64,000 bases of DNA from Octopus vulgaris (Eukaryota). This document shows positions 1 through 13,888 of this stretch, in pieces. The stretch is taken from NCBI GenBank assembly GCA_951406725.2, contig OX597817.1, positions 73,160,001 through 73,224,000 of the forward strand, read 5' to 3'. Each line of letters opens with the position of its first letter. The first letter of the stretch is position 1. The notes under the pieces are model-generated. The model was given only the letters and a program-made list of their open reading frames with translations. It had not been told where the DNA came from and made no database searches. The position numbers and the translations under genes were made by a program.

Positions 1-779
1 TCTATATTGAAAGACTCTACTTCAAGTCCCAAAAGTCACCCCTCTTTACAGAACACAAACTTATGTTTTCAGAACCTCATTGATATTGGTGGAGGAGCAT
101 AATATATCAAAAACAGAATTACTAGGTGTACAGTACATTAACTACATGGACATTTTGTTCGATGAAGAGATCCAGCATCTATCCTCAAGCTTTTTATACA
201 CTAAACTGACAACAAAGCTATACTTCCCTGTGCATTGATTGACTCAGTAGATAGTGCATTTAAGAGATTATAAAATTGTTGTAATGATTTATTTGATAAA
301 TTCTGTTATCTTGACAATCTAATTAGTTTTGCCTGTATGGTTACCAGTTGTTGTTGTTGTAGTTGTTTGTAGTAGTAGTAGTGTAATCAAAATTTAATGT
401 TTTGGAGCTGTTTAGAATAACTCTTTCTTTTTAAATAGTGAAGAATCTCTTCATCTAGTTATCTCTCTCTGAATAAATAAACTTTTAAGTTTTACACTCA
501 TTGTATGTACATGCACATGCATGCATTCTTTTACTGGTTTTTGTCATTTGACAGTGGCCATGCTGGGGCACTAAATAAAAGTATATCATCACAATCACAT
601 TGATCTTGTAATTTATTCTTGCCTACCTAATTATTTTGTTAATCTGTGCATCAAGCCACTAAGTTATAGGACGTAAAATGAACCAATGTGAACAATCACA
701 TCAAATAAACAAGTCTTATAAATATATAACATATAGTTTGTAATACTATACACATGTATATAGGTCTGTGTGTAGATAG

Positions 780-955
780 ATGACAGCGGCATGTAAACAG
801 CACCCAGCACGTTGATTGGCATTAGGAAGGGCATCCAACCATAGAAACCATGCCACAACAGACAGTTGGACAGAGGGTAACACCCTGTTAGCCAATTCTA
901 TGTCAAACTGTCCAACCCATGTCAGCTTGGAAGTGGATGTTAAATGATGATGATA
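780..955 (+). mobile_element. SINE/LINE-tail family ending in (GAT)n; many copies in the window
   Basis: Motifs ggcattaggaagggcatcc and ccaacccatg..gttaaatgatgatga. Other copies at about 4130-4310(+), 11985-12130(-), 19180-19365(+), 33135-33320(-), 40040-40225(+), 44460-44625(+), 53450-53580(-). Confidence 0.8.
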
Positions 956-2429
956 ATATGTGTGTGTGTGTGTTGAGAGAGAGATAAGACATTAAATGAT
1001 GATAGATAGTTGTGCAAGAGTACAATGCCCCTTGGTGAGAATGGACTGGACCACTACATATAAATAGTAGTGGTCTGAGTAAGTGAGGTAGTTGTTGATA
1101 GTTTTAAGTTTACAGTTTGAGTTAGCTTGTTGGATTGCTTGTTCTTAAAAGATTGTTGTTATTGCACTGTTGCAGTGTATTCATTTATCTATAAGGATAT
1201 AATAGGTAGATAGATGAATTGTATTTTCAGCTTACAGGTCAACTTAGTAAATAGTGTAAACAAGTGCATAAGTCGACCTATCTTCTTTTGCTGTACATTT
1301 TGGTCTGAAAAAGTTAACTCGTCTGGAAAATATGGTGTGTATATGTGTGTAAAGTCAAAATACATTAAAAAACAGAGATAACAATGCAAAAAATACAAAG
1401 TGTGATGAATACGGCATTAATTTGATACTTTTGAAGTGTATTAATATTCTAGGCATTAGTCCTTCTTCAGAAAAAACAAGAGAAATAAGGAATCTAGGGA
1501 GAGAGAGAACGAGTGGATAAATAATGAATGTAGTGAATAGAATTTAAAAAATAAACTAGAAAAATACTTTTAAAAAAATGAAAAGGATGCAGGAGCCAGT
1601 GAACTACTAAAAACTTATGGGGAATGCTTTTCTTTGTGCACACGCACACCAGATCAGTATAGTATGTATGTGTATATCTTTGTATTATACATGTCAGATT
1701 GACTGAGACTTTAGCTACTTGCAACTTATTCAGTCTGCTTAAATAAACTGCACACTGGTTGAATAAGATGCAAATGACAAAAAAAGAAAACAGTATATGT
1801 TATAAATTTGACTTCACTAAAAGTATTGAGTTCTTTCATCAGTAAATGTTTGCTGTTGTTTAATTTTACAACTGTAGCAAAAGTATTTTGTATGTGTGTG
1901 TATTTGGAAATGTACTGTGTAATGGTAAAATAAACAGGAAAAAAATTGACTATTATTAGCTAGACTGAATATATGTAATTGAGAGTTGATCAATAAATTC
2001 AGTTAATGTAGGCTGGTAGAATTATCATCAAGGTGTTTTTGTTACAACAAGGATGCAGTAGGTGGTGGCTGTAGTGGGGGATGTTAGCCAGAGTTGTTGA
2101 TGTTGGTGGTGGTTTTTTAGCCCCAGGTAGGCTGTGCCCAGCCATTATCCAGTCTAATTAGATCTAAAGCTCCTAATTTCCAATATCTAATTGTCTTTTG
2201 GAGCTGTAGGACAGTGAATGAAATTGTTAAGTGTCAGGTGTTAATTGTAATAGTTTAGCTAATGGGTGTGAGTTCAATCACTCAATCAGGCAGACAATAT
2301 TCTGGTTTAAGCAAAATAAGTTAGCATCAGCAACAATTGGAGAATAACCTGTCTGAGAATACTTCTAATATGGACAACAGAATAAGAACAATCTACCTAC
2401 ACAAATTTAATAAAGGATTTAGTTTGAAA

Positions 2430-2765
2430 TACCAAAAACTTTCCAAACCACATGGCTCCAAGTTCAGTCTTCTATAGTGTTTTCTATAGCCTTGGGTCAA
2501 CCAAACCTTTGTGAATAGATTTGGTTGATGGAAGCTGAAAGAAGCCCATCATGTATATGTACATATCTCTGTGTTTGTCTTCCACCACCGCTTGACAACT
2601 GGTGTTGATTTGTTTATGTCCCTGTAACTTAGCAGTTTAGTGGGAAAAAAACAGGCTAAAAAATAAAAGTGCTGCAGTACTGGAGTTGATTCACTTAACT
2701 AAAATTCTTCAAGGTGGTGCCACAACATGGCTGCAGTCTAATGACTGAAACAAATAAAATATAAA
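2430..2765 (+). mobile_element. Aged tRNA-derived CORE-like SINE
   Basis: Diverged match to the young copy at 58562-58937 (gatttggt.ga.ggaa.ctgaaagaagcc; 3' end atgactgaaacaaataaaa). Further copies at about 525-710, 4370-4515, 10785-10945, 28425-28620, 29260-29420, 30635-30790, 40235-40390, 51490-51860. Confidence 0.8.
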
Positions 2766-2794
2766 GGATTACCAAATATCAATTATAAAATGAT

Positions 2795-3120
2795 AAAGAA
2801 TTTATTATATACAGTGTTCAGGTGCACTACAATTCATCAGGAAAAGTAACCAAAACCACATGAACTTTACATAGAATATGCACAGGAAGTGAACAGGGAA
2901 TAATTTCTTTGTAAAAAAAAAAAAAAAGATGGGAACGGGGTGCATCAGGTGTATTGTTGGTGAATTTTAGGGAAATTTTGAAAGACATAGTGTCTCAACT
3001 GCTATCAGCTAATTCAGTAGTTTATTCCATGCTTCAGCAATTCTGAGCATGCAAAAAATATTTCTGAAAGACACTGCTGGGTTTTTGTTTTTTTTTAAGC
3101 ATGTCCACAAGTGTTAGACA
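2795..3120 (-). mobile_element. Degenerate CR1/L2-type LINE 3' end
   Basis: Minus strand reads LRIAEAWNKL, resembling the C-terminal RVVxxWNxLP motif of CR1/L2 ORF2, followed by a short UTR with aataaa. Confidence 0.5.
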
Positions 3121-3952
3121 TAGAACAGGCAAGGCCAATGTGCACAATCACCAGACATTGTAATTATGACTCTGGTTCCAATATATTGCTGTATAATAAT
3201 GATAGTTATTATTTCAGAAATCCAGACACAATTTGTTCTTTCCTTATTTAAGACAGCAGGATGGAAGTTACTGGCTCTTACTCAGTTATGATGGCAAGAG
3301 TTCCAATTGATCTGATCAATGGAAGTGCCTACTGTTGGTGATGTTTGTTGTTACTTGACCCCAATTTGAACAGACTTGTACTCAAGGGCTACTTTCCTGT
3401 TATGACCACTTTGTTTTTAATGTATCTAGGGCTACATTATGCAATGTATCATTCCATTTTTTTAAGCAATTGTGTTTAGTTTTAAGGAGATTTGGTTACC
3501 ATTTCCAACAGACTAAATAACAGCTCACAAGCTCCTTCATTAGCTCTTAGTGGTAGTAGTTTTTGTTGTTTAGCTCCAGGTCAGATATGATTGCTCAGAG
3601 ATGCCCCAGCCATATTCAGATAGTTTATTCAGGACATTATCCAACTCATTCTTCCTTTGTAAGATGGTATGGTGAAGTCTGAGGGAGATTTGCTTGCTAT
3701 TTTCTGTCAGGTTAGTGGTGTTACCTAGCAGTTGTTGTTAATGGTGTAGTTTACATATCTGGATGATTGTATTGCTCATTTAAATGCTATTTTTTACTAG
3801 TTAATTATGGATCATTTCCAATTACTCAACTTTCATTCTCTCTCTCCTCCATTCTCTGCTTCTTACCTGTCTTTCTCCTTTCTGTAGTGAAGCACCACCA
3901 TAGAATATAACAAAACTTAACCTCTATGGGTGATATTGGTAGCCAACCACAT

Positions 3953-4005
<53 letters not shown>

Positions 4006-4699
4006 ACACACGCGTACATGACATGACGTATATTCAACTGCAAAACTTTACACTTAATAGATAAAGATTGCTTCACAATACCCAAACTCAATGTTAGGTA
4101 GACCCCTTCACTGTGACTCCTTGAACATAATGACAGTGTCTACCACATAAAAGCGCTCATGCCAGTGCCTTGTTAAAAGCACCCAGTGCATTCTGTAAAG
4201 TAGTTATAATGTTAGGAAAATAGATAAAATGGGGCCCAGGCAGTTTTCCAGCGGGCTGTTCAACCCATCCCAGCGTGGGAAACAGACATTAAATGATGAT
4301 AATGATGTATTCATGAAACATGGGCTGTCAGCATCTGTGCACATTCATACATTCATACATATACAACAGACTTCCTAAATTTCTGTCTCTCAAATTCACT
4401 TGAAGGCATTAGTTAATGCAGAGCTATATATTCATTTGCCTAAGGTGCCATTCAGTGGGACGGAACTTGAAACAACATAGTTTCAATGCAAACTTATGAG
4501 CCACACGGCTATGCATGTAATATTGCAAAGTGCAGTAATACATAGAATCAATAAATGAGGCATCTGCATGTTAGCTAGACATGCTAGAAATAGCAACCAC
4601 TTTTCATTCAAATCACAACTTTTTATGCAGTGTTAATTTGATTCCATACCTGTTTGCTTGTTGGTTGCTCTACTGGTTGTATATAAAATGAAGGTCCAT

Positions 4700-5355
4700 T
4701 CTTTAAAACATGAATAACAAGCCTGCAAAATTTTTTTTTATTTTTTAAACTGTTTTTTGTAATTTGAAGGGAATGCACATTTACTTTTATTTACTTTCTT
4801 GAAAAACAAATTTATATATGTTTTGGAGTGCATATTTCAAAATATTGATTTTTTGGTTTTTTCTCCCCTCTGTGCTAACTTCAAAAAGTTTTTTTTTTTT
4901 TTTGTAGCCAAAATCTTAATAAGCTGAAACAGCATTTACAATTTTCAAGCAGAAAACATTTTAAACTATTGTATTCATGTTTTTTTGTGTAATTTCATGG
5001 GACATAAATTGTGTACATTTTAGACTTTTGATAAAAGGCAAAAATAGCTTTTAGTTTTTTATGTATAATATCCACCTTTAATTTTTAGGTTAAAAATAAA
5101 CATTTGGAAAAACAGTGCACATTATACATAAATACACCTGATACTCACCAGAGGGAGCCTCTTGTACAATACCTCAGCTTACTAGAAAAAACAACAACCA
5201 GATCACCTTCAAATCAGTTTCTACTTTGCAAAAAAGGAAAGGACACATTGAAGAATGTTGCCCAAAATACATTATCTGAAGGAAAATAAAACAGATTGTC
5301 ACTACTGGAATACCTTTGATTTTAGGTTTCCTAGTTCAGTTCTCTCCTAGGGTTA
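4700..5355. mobile_element. Probable piggyBac-like DNA transposon remnant
   Basis: Ends in ctagggTTAA, a piggyBac-type terminus. The internal sequence is decayed and the left boundary is approximate. Confidence 0.35.
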
Positions 5356-5639
5356 AACAACAGGGGCCAAGTGCTGGCATTTGTTGAATATCATAACCTC
5401 ATGCTATTAACCTTTGTTGGTTTCCCCTTATCCTTTCAGCTATTTAACATCTTAGATACAAGACTGAAAACTTAATTCCATTAATTTCTTTAGTCAAGCA
5501 AACTCTATTCTCTATTTCTATATTGTATTTAGTATCAGTTCTTTAAAGTATAGTACTTTAATTCTTTTGAGTGTGTTTCTAATGAAATACATTAAGCTTC
5601 AGTTCAATTTGAAAATAATCAAGAATTTGGAGTGGCTTC

Positions 5640-6061
5640 CTCTGTCCTATTCATTCACATTGTTTTGAATTAATCATACTTTATCTCATCGCTTTGAAAT
5701 TTCAATGATGTGATTGTTTTGTTTTTAGAATGGCATTGTTGGATAGGTGTGAGAGGCCAGATCCGGCTTGTTTGAATATTTTTGGTGAGATATGGCCAGT
5801 TTGAGTGTTGAACACCGATTTCTGTTTTTTTTTTGTTTTTTTTTTTGTATTGGTTGTGTCAAATGCAACACTTATTTATTTATGTTGTTTTGAATTGATC
5901 ATGCATTATCTTGTGGCTTTGAGATTTCAATGATGTGATTGTATATGTTTTTGAAGGACGTTGTTGGGGAGGTGTGAGAAATCAGATCTGGTCAGTTTGG
6001 ACATAAAGCAGACTGAATGTGCTTGGGGTGTATATGGCTGGTTTAAATGTTAAAAGGTTAA
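5640..6061 (-). mobile_element. Two tandem partial copies of the ~225-bp TTAA MITE
   Basis: Both halves match the family at 13889-14115 and 24133-24360 (ttgaattaatcat..ttgagatttcaatgatgtgattgt); the block ends aaaaggTTAA. Confidence 0.75.
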
Positions 6062-7569
6062 CTCTTTTCATACCAACTTGCCTGACACTCTCCTGGCTCT
6101 GTTTTAAAGTGATCTAATTTTAAACTTCCCTTTAAAATTCAAACAGCTTAATAATAAAATTATTTTAGTACCGTTATTTCCAAAATGATAAAGAAAACAA
6201 TGAACTTCAAAAGAAATATGGTAACAAAACATGTTCCCTATCAGAACTGATTGAATAGGCTTGTGTTCAAGTGTGTTCCAGCCACAGCCATCACATCTCT
6301 TATTTTCACATACACTGTATCTAAAATTATAATATCCAATGTATTCTTTACTAAAAACATGTTAGTTTAGGGTGGTTTGGTTGCTTTCTCTAGCAGCTTG
6401 AGTAATTGTTTGCATGAAGTCACCTTCATTTAATTTACTATTTATCAGCATATTTAGTTGGTGACTGGAAAATTAACTTAAAAGTTTCTCAAATAAAATT
6501 ATAACAGATTCTGTATTTTAGAAGCAAAAGTGGATTGGTCTCGACTAAGATGCATGTTTTACTTATATCTTCAATTAACATTTTTCTTTCTTTCTCTATT
6601 CTATTTTGAGTAACATGTACAAACATTTTCTTTGTTTACAATTGCCTACGCAAAATGTTTACTCTTGTCATTTTGCTTACATTTATCTCTTGCTGCATTT
6701 TGTTTCTATCTACTAAGTTTTTTTCTTTTCTTTTCTATATGGCACTCTTGAAGTTCTGTGAAAAGACATGCATAAATTAACAAATTGTTTTGATTTCATT
6801 TTTCCTGAAACTGGAAAATGAAGTCTTCCTTAGGCATTTTTTTTTTTAAACCATGAAATAAATATCTATTTCATTTCCAACAAACACTGATACAAAATTG
6901 ATGAGATTTTTTTTTCTCTTTTCTTTTTTTTTTTTCCTCACTTGATCAATCTTATTCTTGATTTGTTTTCTACGTACTTCTCTCTTTCATCAACTTATTT
7001 GAAGACATTTCCCCTGCTTTCTTTCTCTTTTAACTGGTAATTTAGATTCAGTGCAGTGCTAACTCAATTTTACAACTCTATATTTCTTGCCATATTTCAT
7101 TATTTCACTGTCCTCATTCTCTGATATCTTGATCTTGGAGCAGACAACCAATGCAGTCTCAAGCTAAAATTAAATCTTTACTGTTACCTCTTATGTTCTT
7201 GGTTACACTCTACTTGAATAATCTTGTAATGAAGACAAGTTATTCCTTATATTTTACCAAATCCTCTTGATTCACTGTCATTATAAGTTCATGACTTTGC
7301 ATTTCAGCACTCTCTTTAAGAAACCAAGCTCTTAATATTGTTAATCTCCTGCTATGTCATTCTACTTATCTCCATCTTTCTTTCAATACTGTATACCCAA
7401 TGTATATAAAATGTTTTGCCATTTCTATATTTATCTTCTGATCCTTGCTTCATTCTTATTTTTCTATACATATTTTCCTAGGTTCAAGCTTCTAATAATA
7501 ATAATAATTGTCTGATATGATTGTGTTGACCAATAATAATTGCTGTGATCAACCATTTTGTTATTAGTA

Positions 7570-7960
7570 TTAAGGCAGATGACTAGGAGAATCATTAGAA
7601 CACTGGAGAAAAGGCTTTGTGTTATTTCTTTCTGTTCTTTATATAGAATTCAACTCCCACCAGAATTGGCTTTGTTTTCATCTTTTCATGCTTGATAAAA
7701 TAAAGTATTATTCTAATATTGAGGCTGGTATAATTGACTACTTTCTCCCCTCAGTATTGCTGACTTTGAGTGGCAGCAAGCTGGCAGAATTGGAGTGTCA
7801 AATCCTTGCAGCATTTGTCCTGGCTCTTTAACGTTTTTGAGCTCATATCCTGCTGAAGCCAGCTTTATCTTCCATTCATCTGGGATTGTTCAAATAAAGT
7901 AATGGGGTTGATGTAATCAACTAATCCCTTCCCCTCAAAATTACTGACCTTGTGCCTAAG
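7570..7960 (+). mobile_element. Two tandem tRNA-derived SINEs with a Deu/Nin-like central domain
   Basis: Heads taaggcag..ag.tggcagaatc and core ctttgc.tttcatc.ttt..gg...gataaaataaagtac. The best copy is at 33460-33690; others at about 13350-13490, 22590-23040, 28200-28390, 47970-48320. Confidence 0.7.
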
Positions 7961-8247
7961 AAGCAATCTCTGGTTGAATCTACCAAGAACGGGTACTTAC
8001 TTACAAGTCTTTGGTTGAACATTTCAAATCTGGAAAATTATTTTACACACATTTTTGCAATGTTTTTTTTTCTTCTTTTTATTTTTGAACCCTAAGCCAA
8101 TATGGGTAAAATAGCTTTCATAGTTTTTAATTTGTCCATGGTATCATATGTTGACTGCAAAGTGAACTTTCTAAGTGCACTGCCACACATATATACCTGT
8201 CAATAATTAGATTCAACTTTTGAAGTCTGTTATAGAATAATAATAAC

Positions 8248-8279
<32 letters not shown>

Positions 8280-9279
8280 AGGACATCTTTACTCCATGAC
8301 ACTGCAAATGTTTCAATTTGCAAAACCCATAAGCATCCATCAATTTTAGTTTAAAGTAAATTAGTCTGTGATAAAACATTACAAAGACATTGGTCTTTGT
8401 AATGTTTTATGTAGAAAATCTTATTCATTATTTCTTTATTAGATTGGATTGATTATATGCTATGTACTCAATATAGATTGAACAAACTGCCAAGAAACTG
8501 TCTATTTATTTGCCAACATTGGCATTACTCTTAATGAAACATGAGTTTTGTTCTGGAACATCTACTTAGAATACCTTTACTACCTAGAATTGTTTCTTGG
8601 TTTTATTATCATCTTTAATAAATAACTTCTACCATATAAATCAATACAGGAGAATATAATACTGATATTCATTGGAAATTAATCTTAGATGTTCCAGCTA
8701 ACTAGGTCATCTTCACTAATGCCAGTAGTATGAATGCATCTCTGATACACATATACAATGCAAATGAAAGTACCTCTATGAGGTCATTTGTTTTTCTAGA
8801 AATAGCCACCAAATCTCATGCAAATCACACAAGAAGAGGGATACAGTGGAAAATGTAATCTTAGATGTATAATAACCCCAGAGATTGACAATATTTAAAG
8901 TATTTCCTTGTTCTGAGTTTAAATCTTTTGTCATGTTCCCAAGATCAATTAAGTAGTATTAATTTGATAGAGTACTGGGATAATTTAATTTACTATAATT
9001 TGCCACAAAATTGGTCAAAGGAGACCAATTTTTATCTTATTTGTGAATTAGTCAATTGATAAACATTTTTATATTCAGTTGTTACCATCAGTATGCAATC
9101 AATACAGTTGACTTCTGTTGACTAAAACATAGTGGTTAGAGTATTTATAATCTTTTCTAACACAAAACCCTGGTATACATACAGTATTATACCCATATCA
9201 TTTTAATGAACTTATTGTAGGATAGTTGATATTAAAAAGTACAAGTATTTTCCTGAGGTCCGAAATCCCACACTATCCA

Positions 9280-10200
9280 CTCCTCATTATTCTCCATCTT
9301 CAGAACGTCAACCTCTTGAATATTCTTGTTGCCAGGCTTTTCTTGAAGGCATTGACTTTCAGATGTTTCAACTAAATATGAACCTTTTCACTTGCATCAG
9401 TCTCACAGAATCTGTGAATGTCATGTGCAACATTCCTTCCTCCTTAGGAATCCTTAAAAACATTTTAAAAACATTTTGCCCATGTTGATATGGAATGGAG
9501 TAGGGAATGAGAGTAAAAATGTTAGGTGTAAAATACCTCTTCAGATTTAAATGTATGTTGAAGTGATCACCATTAACTTACACTATTTATAAACATCTAT
9601 TCCCCATTCCTCTCCCCTTGAAAACTCCTACTTGTTGACTCCAGAGCAAGCTTTCAGTTCTACTTGTCAATATCTAGATTTCAATATGAAATGCACACAA
9701 ATGACACATAAGAGCTATTACATCTGTGGTGGATGTGCAGTAGGAAACTTAAAGATGTTGATTATGCATCTTGGGGGATGGGGTGAATGTTGTGTTCTGT
9801 AATTTAGTATTTGCTGCTGAGTCATAATTTTGGAGAAATGCAATGTGCACACAAGCAGACATATCAATGATATTATCTTACTTTTTTCGGCACTGTTCAC
9901 ATTTAGTTTGTTGTCCGTTTGTTAGAGAGCTGATGACATTCTGCTTAAATCATAGAACTACACACTACCTACACCACAGTGTAGCTTTAAACCCTCTAAA
10001 ATATCAAATCAGCAGGATTTGAAAGAAAGATTGGGAAGGAGGAAGGGGTAAGCTTAATTTGAGACATTTTATAGTAACTGATCTTGGTTAAATATTTAAA
10101 GAAAGATTTGAGTTAGTTATTGCCAAGAGACTTTGTTAAAAAGACAGTTATTGGGCTAGTATGAAGGGGTAATGGACTGGAGTAAGAATTAGCTTACATT
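9280..10200 (-). mobile_element. Highly decayed LINE ORF2 3' region
   Basis: Minus strand contains VNAFKKSL, like the terminal FKxxLD motif of CR1/L2/Jockey-group LINEs. No intact frame remains. Confidence 0.4.
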
Positions 10201-11178
10201 TCTACCTGAGTAGGTATTTATGTTAGGGCAGCTTTAACAATTGTCATTTTTACAGTACATACAGACACTTGCGTACATATACATACATTTAACCTGTGCT
10301 AGCATGAATAAAGAACAAAACAAGTGAACGCACATATGTGTGTGTATATGTAAAAGCATGTACACACAGGTGTGTATACATACAGGGAGTGGGCAGTAGT
10401 GTATTAGATGGAAGTATTTGCATGACATACTAACAAGTGCTGAATAGTCAAGATCAACTCTGATCTGAATTATCTATACATCAATATTGAACTGATTGAC
10501 AGTAGACGAAATGGGATGAAGAAAGCAGATGTAATCAGATAACTTTGAGCGTCATGGCATCCAGTTCTTGAGCATATGGAAAACACAATAAACTGTGCGT
10601 TTGTGTGTGGTGGTGTTATTGTTGTTAAGCACACAAATCTGAGATTATAATACTCTTTCTTTTTTTATGTGAAGTATTGACTGTCCAGAAAAGATTGAGT
10701 ACATAATCTTTTAATAAAATCCAGTCAAGTTTATGTAATAAACTTATTAATATGAACTTATCTCGATTTGTAAACTTCATTTTTAAGGCATGGGTGTGGC
10801 TCTGTGGTATGAAGTTTGCTTCCCAACTGTATGGTCGTGGGTTCAGTCTCATTACATTGAATCTTGGACAAGTGTCTCCTTTAACCCACGTTGACCAATG
10901 CTTTGTGTGTGGATTTTGTAAATAGAAATGGTGTAAAGCCCATCACACACACACTCACACACAAATGCATCTGTGTTGCTGTCTCTTTAACATGACTTTT
11001 TATGATAGTTGTAAACAAATGTCACTGTCAAGCAAGTGCTGTCCTTCAATTCCAATCTTCCATGAAAGCATATCTGATCATGGGGAATATTATCTTGCTT
11101 GAAAACAGGTGAAGGTTGGTGATAAGAAGAGCATCTGGTTGTAGAAATTCCATCCAACATGTGCAAGCAATCCATGTC

Positions 11179-11400
11179 ATACGAGGTGCATTCCAGAATT
11201 CTTCAGACTTTTTCAGGAGAGACATTTATTAATCGCAAAGAACAACTAAACTCTAATTGCCTTCAAAGTAACATGCTCTGACTTCAATGCACTGTTTTCA
11301 CTCCAGCCACTTTGTGAAAGCCTTATGGATGTCCTTTAAAGTGAAGGTGTCCAGGACTCTTGTCATGGCCTTCTTCATCTTCAAAACAACAGTTGTTTTG
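11179..11400. mobile_element. Mariner-like terminal fragment
   Basis: Starts TA-cgaggtgcattcc, followed by cttcaaagtaac..caatgcactgttttcactc, similar in layout to the ends of the mariner copies at 36570 and 52160. Confidence 0.5.
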
Positions 11401-11513
11401 AAAACAACTTCAAAACAAGCAGGGGCCATTCAAAATTTCAGCCATCTTGTCCAATCTGGAATTAACAAAGTTGGTAGGTTAGCTTGTTAGATGTATAGTA
11501 ATAATATATTCAA

Positions 11514-11901
11514 TAATAAATCTGAGAGCGAGTTATAAACAGTAGCTACAACACATCGTGACATATATTTGCCATTTAAATATGGCTAACCCCTAAGGGT
11601 GGATGCTACTGTAGTTTGTAGCCCTAGGAGGACACCTCCAGCTGGCTATATAGACACACTTTCTGTGCCCTATCAGTATTTGCAGAGGGAAGCCATCCTT
11701 CCCGTCTCCAACTTATGATACACAAGTCCGTGTGTATCATAAGTTGGAAATGGGAAGGATGGCTTCCCTTTGCAAATACTGATAGGGCACAGAAAGTGTG
11801 TCTATAGCCAGCTGGAGGAGGTGTCCTCCTGGGGCTACAAACTACAGTAGCATCCACCCTTAGGGGTTAGCCATATTTAAATGGCAAATATACGTCACGA
11901 T
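11514..11901 (-). mobile_element. Fold-back retroposon insertion with 13-bp TSD
   Basis: Inverted arms 11555-11724 and 11731-11901 around a 6-nt loop. Direct repeat ATAATATATTCAA at 11501-11513 and 11900-11912. An unpaired 41-nt end reads ..ctcagatttatta on the minus strand. Confidence 0.8.
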
Positions 11902-13239
11902 AATATATTCAAATTACAATTAACTAGGGCATTCATATCTACCTCTCCTACAAAAGCCTCAAAACTCTTGAATGCATCTTATATATCATCATCATTTAAC
12001 GCCTGCTTTCCATTGCTGGCATGGGTTGGACAGTATGACTGAGGGCTAGCAAGCCAGAAGGCTGCGCTGGGCTCCAATCTGATCTGGCAAAGTTTCTACA
12101 GTTGGGTGCCCTTCCTAATGCCAACCACTCCAAATTCGAAATGATTTTGTTTTGCTATCTTTTTAGCATAAGATTGCTATGCTCTTTTGCCTTTATAAAG
12201 GTTAATTATAATGGATCATAATGGCATTGCTTGGCTACCTACCTCATAGTCATGAATTGTGACTTTACTATTACAAGAGATTTTTGAGTTCCTAGAAAAG
12301 GACTATAACTCTTTTTGCTTTAGCCTTTTCAGATGATAGAATCATTCTCTTTTGGGTTAAGTAGTAAGCTGTTGAAATGATCGCTCCAACTGTATGTAAA
12401 TACATTTGTAAAAGCATCGCCCATACCTGCATGGTAAAAATATATGTACAATAGCAGCAATTATAACATGGCATGAGGCCACAAATTTTATGGGTAGGTG
12501 TAAGTCAATTTAATTGACTCAGTGTTTGACTAGAACTTGTTATACTAGCCTGGATGAAGTAAAACTACTTTGCATTTGAACTGATTGTTTTGCAGCAAAT
12601 TTATTTGGAAGAATTAATTATAACAAATCCTCTATTCATAGAAGACTAGTCCATAGAATATCGGCACATATTAACTGTCGCATGAACAGAAAATAGTGTG
12701 GGTGTGTGTGTAAGCATGGCAATGTATTACATTCATTGTTGTTGTTTAATCGCAGGTCCACTCTGATCAAACACAATAAGTAAAGGCATTCCAGCCATGA
12801 TATCCCATTCATTTTTTTTTCTCCATGCATAATGAGTCTGAGGCCATGTATCCCAATATGTCCATCCCCTTTTCAGAGAGTAGGCTGTGTGATTTGGTTG
12901 ATGGTAATTTGGCATCTAATTTTAGCAGGTTTGTTAACCACCAGACAGGCTTTCTTGTTGGTTGGCTTATTGCATTATTCATGTTCTCTGGTTGCTAGTC
13001 AGCAGTGTTATCTTATTCTGTTTCTATCAGTTTAATTTTTCTATGAGCCACAGTTACATTCTGACATTGTAATAGCTATTCCTTAATTGTTATACTCTAG
13101 CTCTTGTGACTGCTATTGACACACTACTAGTTAATAACTGGCTTTACCCACCTTTCTCTTTACAAATCTAAACAATCGAACTCCTTAGCATCCACTATAC
13201 CTATCTTGTTCTATGCATGCTTATGTTTGTGTGTATGTA

Positions 13240-13270
<31 letters not shown>

Positions 13271-13888
13271 AAGCATAATACATATTATTTTCTCTCTGTC
13301 TGTCTATTTGTCCAAATAATTCCAGAAATATAGAGCCAGATAAGCCCAGAGAAAGGTGTACTCGGCTCTTTCTCATTATTTCGTCCTTTCAGGGTCAATA
13401 AAATGAGTACTAGTTGAGTACTGGAATTGGTATAATTGACTATCCCCCTCCCCCAAATTTGAAGCCTTTTGCCTATAGTAGAAAGAATTATTTCTGGAAT
13501 TACCTTTACACATCTCACAATCATAACTTTCTTGTGCATCTTCACTTGTAATAAACCATTTTTGAGGTTAATTGGCAGAACTGTGACCTCTTGAGAAATA
13601 GCTACTGAAGTTGCAAGCTGATCAGGATTACTAAAATAATATTGGTGAAATGTAGTGTTTATTTGTTTTAATCTTCTCATAATATATTCATTATTATTAC
13701 TTGGTTTTGTCCTATTTTGCAAGGGAAGCTCCATATAGTTCCTCTAATAAATATCTCCTGCCCATCTTAAAGAGTAAACTGAATGATGTAAGGGAACAGA
13801 AAATAAGTTTGAGATGGACTATGGAATAGTCATGGTTGGAACGCATTTGGTTGTTTAGCCTGCTTCATTAGGGCTATTCTACTGGGGG

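Noticed and set aside
3800-3945. Long pyrimidine tract ending in tctgtag (3887)
   Set aside because: No convincing donor and early stops; it adjoins a (CT)n microsatellite, so low complexity explains it.
5089-5289. tttttag acceptor followed by a 66-codon open frame (ORF 5104..5289)
   Set aside because: No similarity to AEBP2 zinc-finger or basic regions, no donor site, and it lies inside a probable DNA transposon remnant.
13285-13734. 149-aa minus-strand ORF
   Set aside because: It runs across a SINE and a microsatellite edge and has no protein motif.
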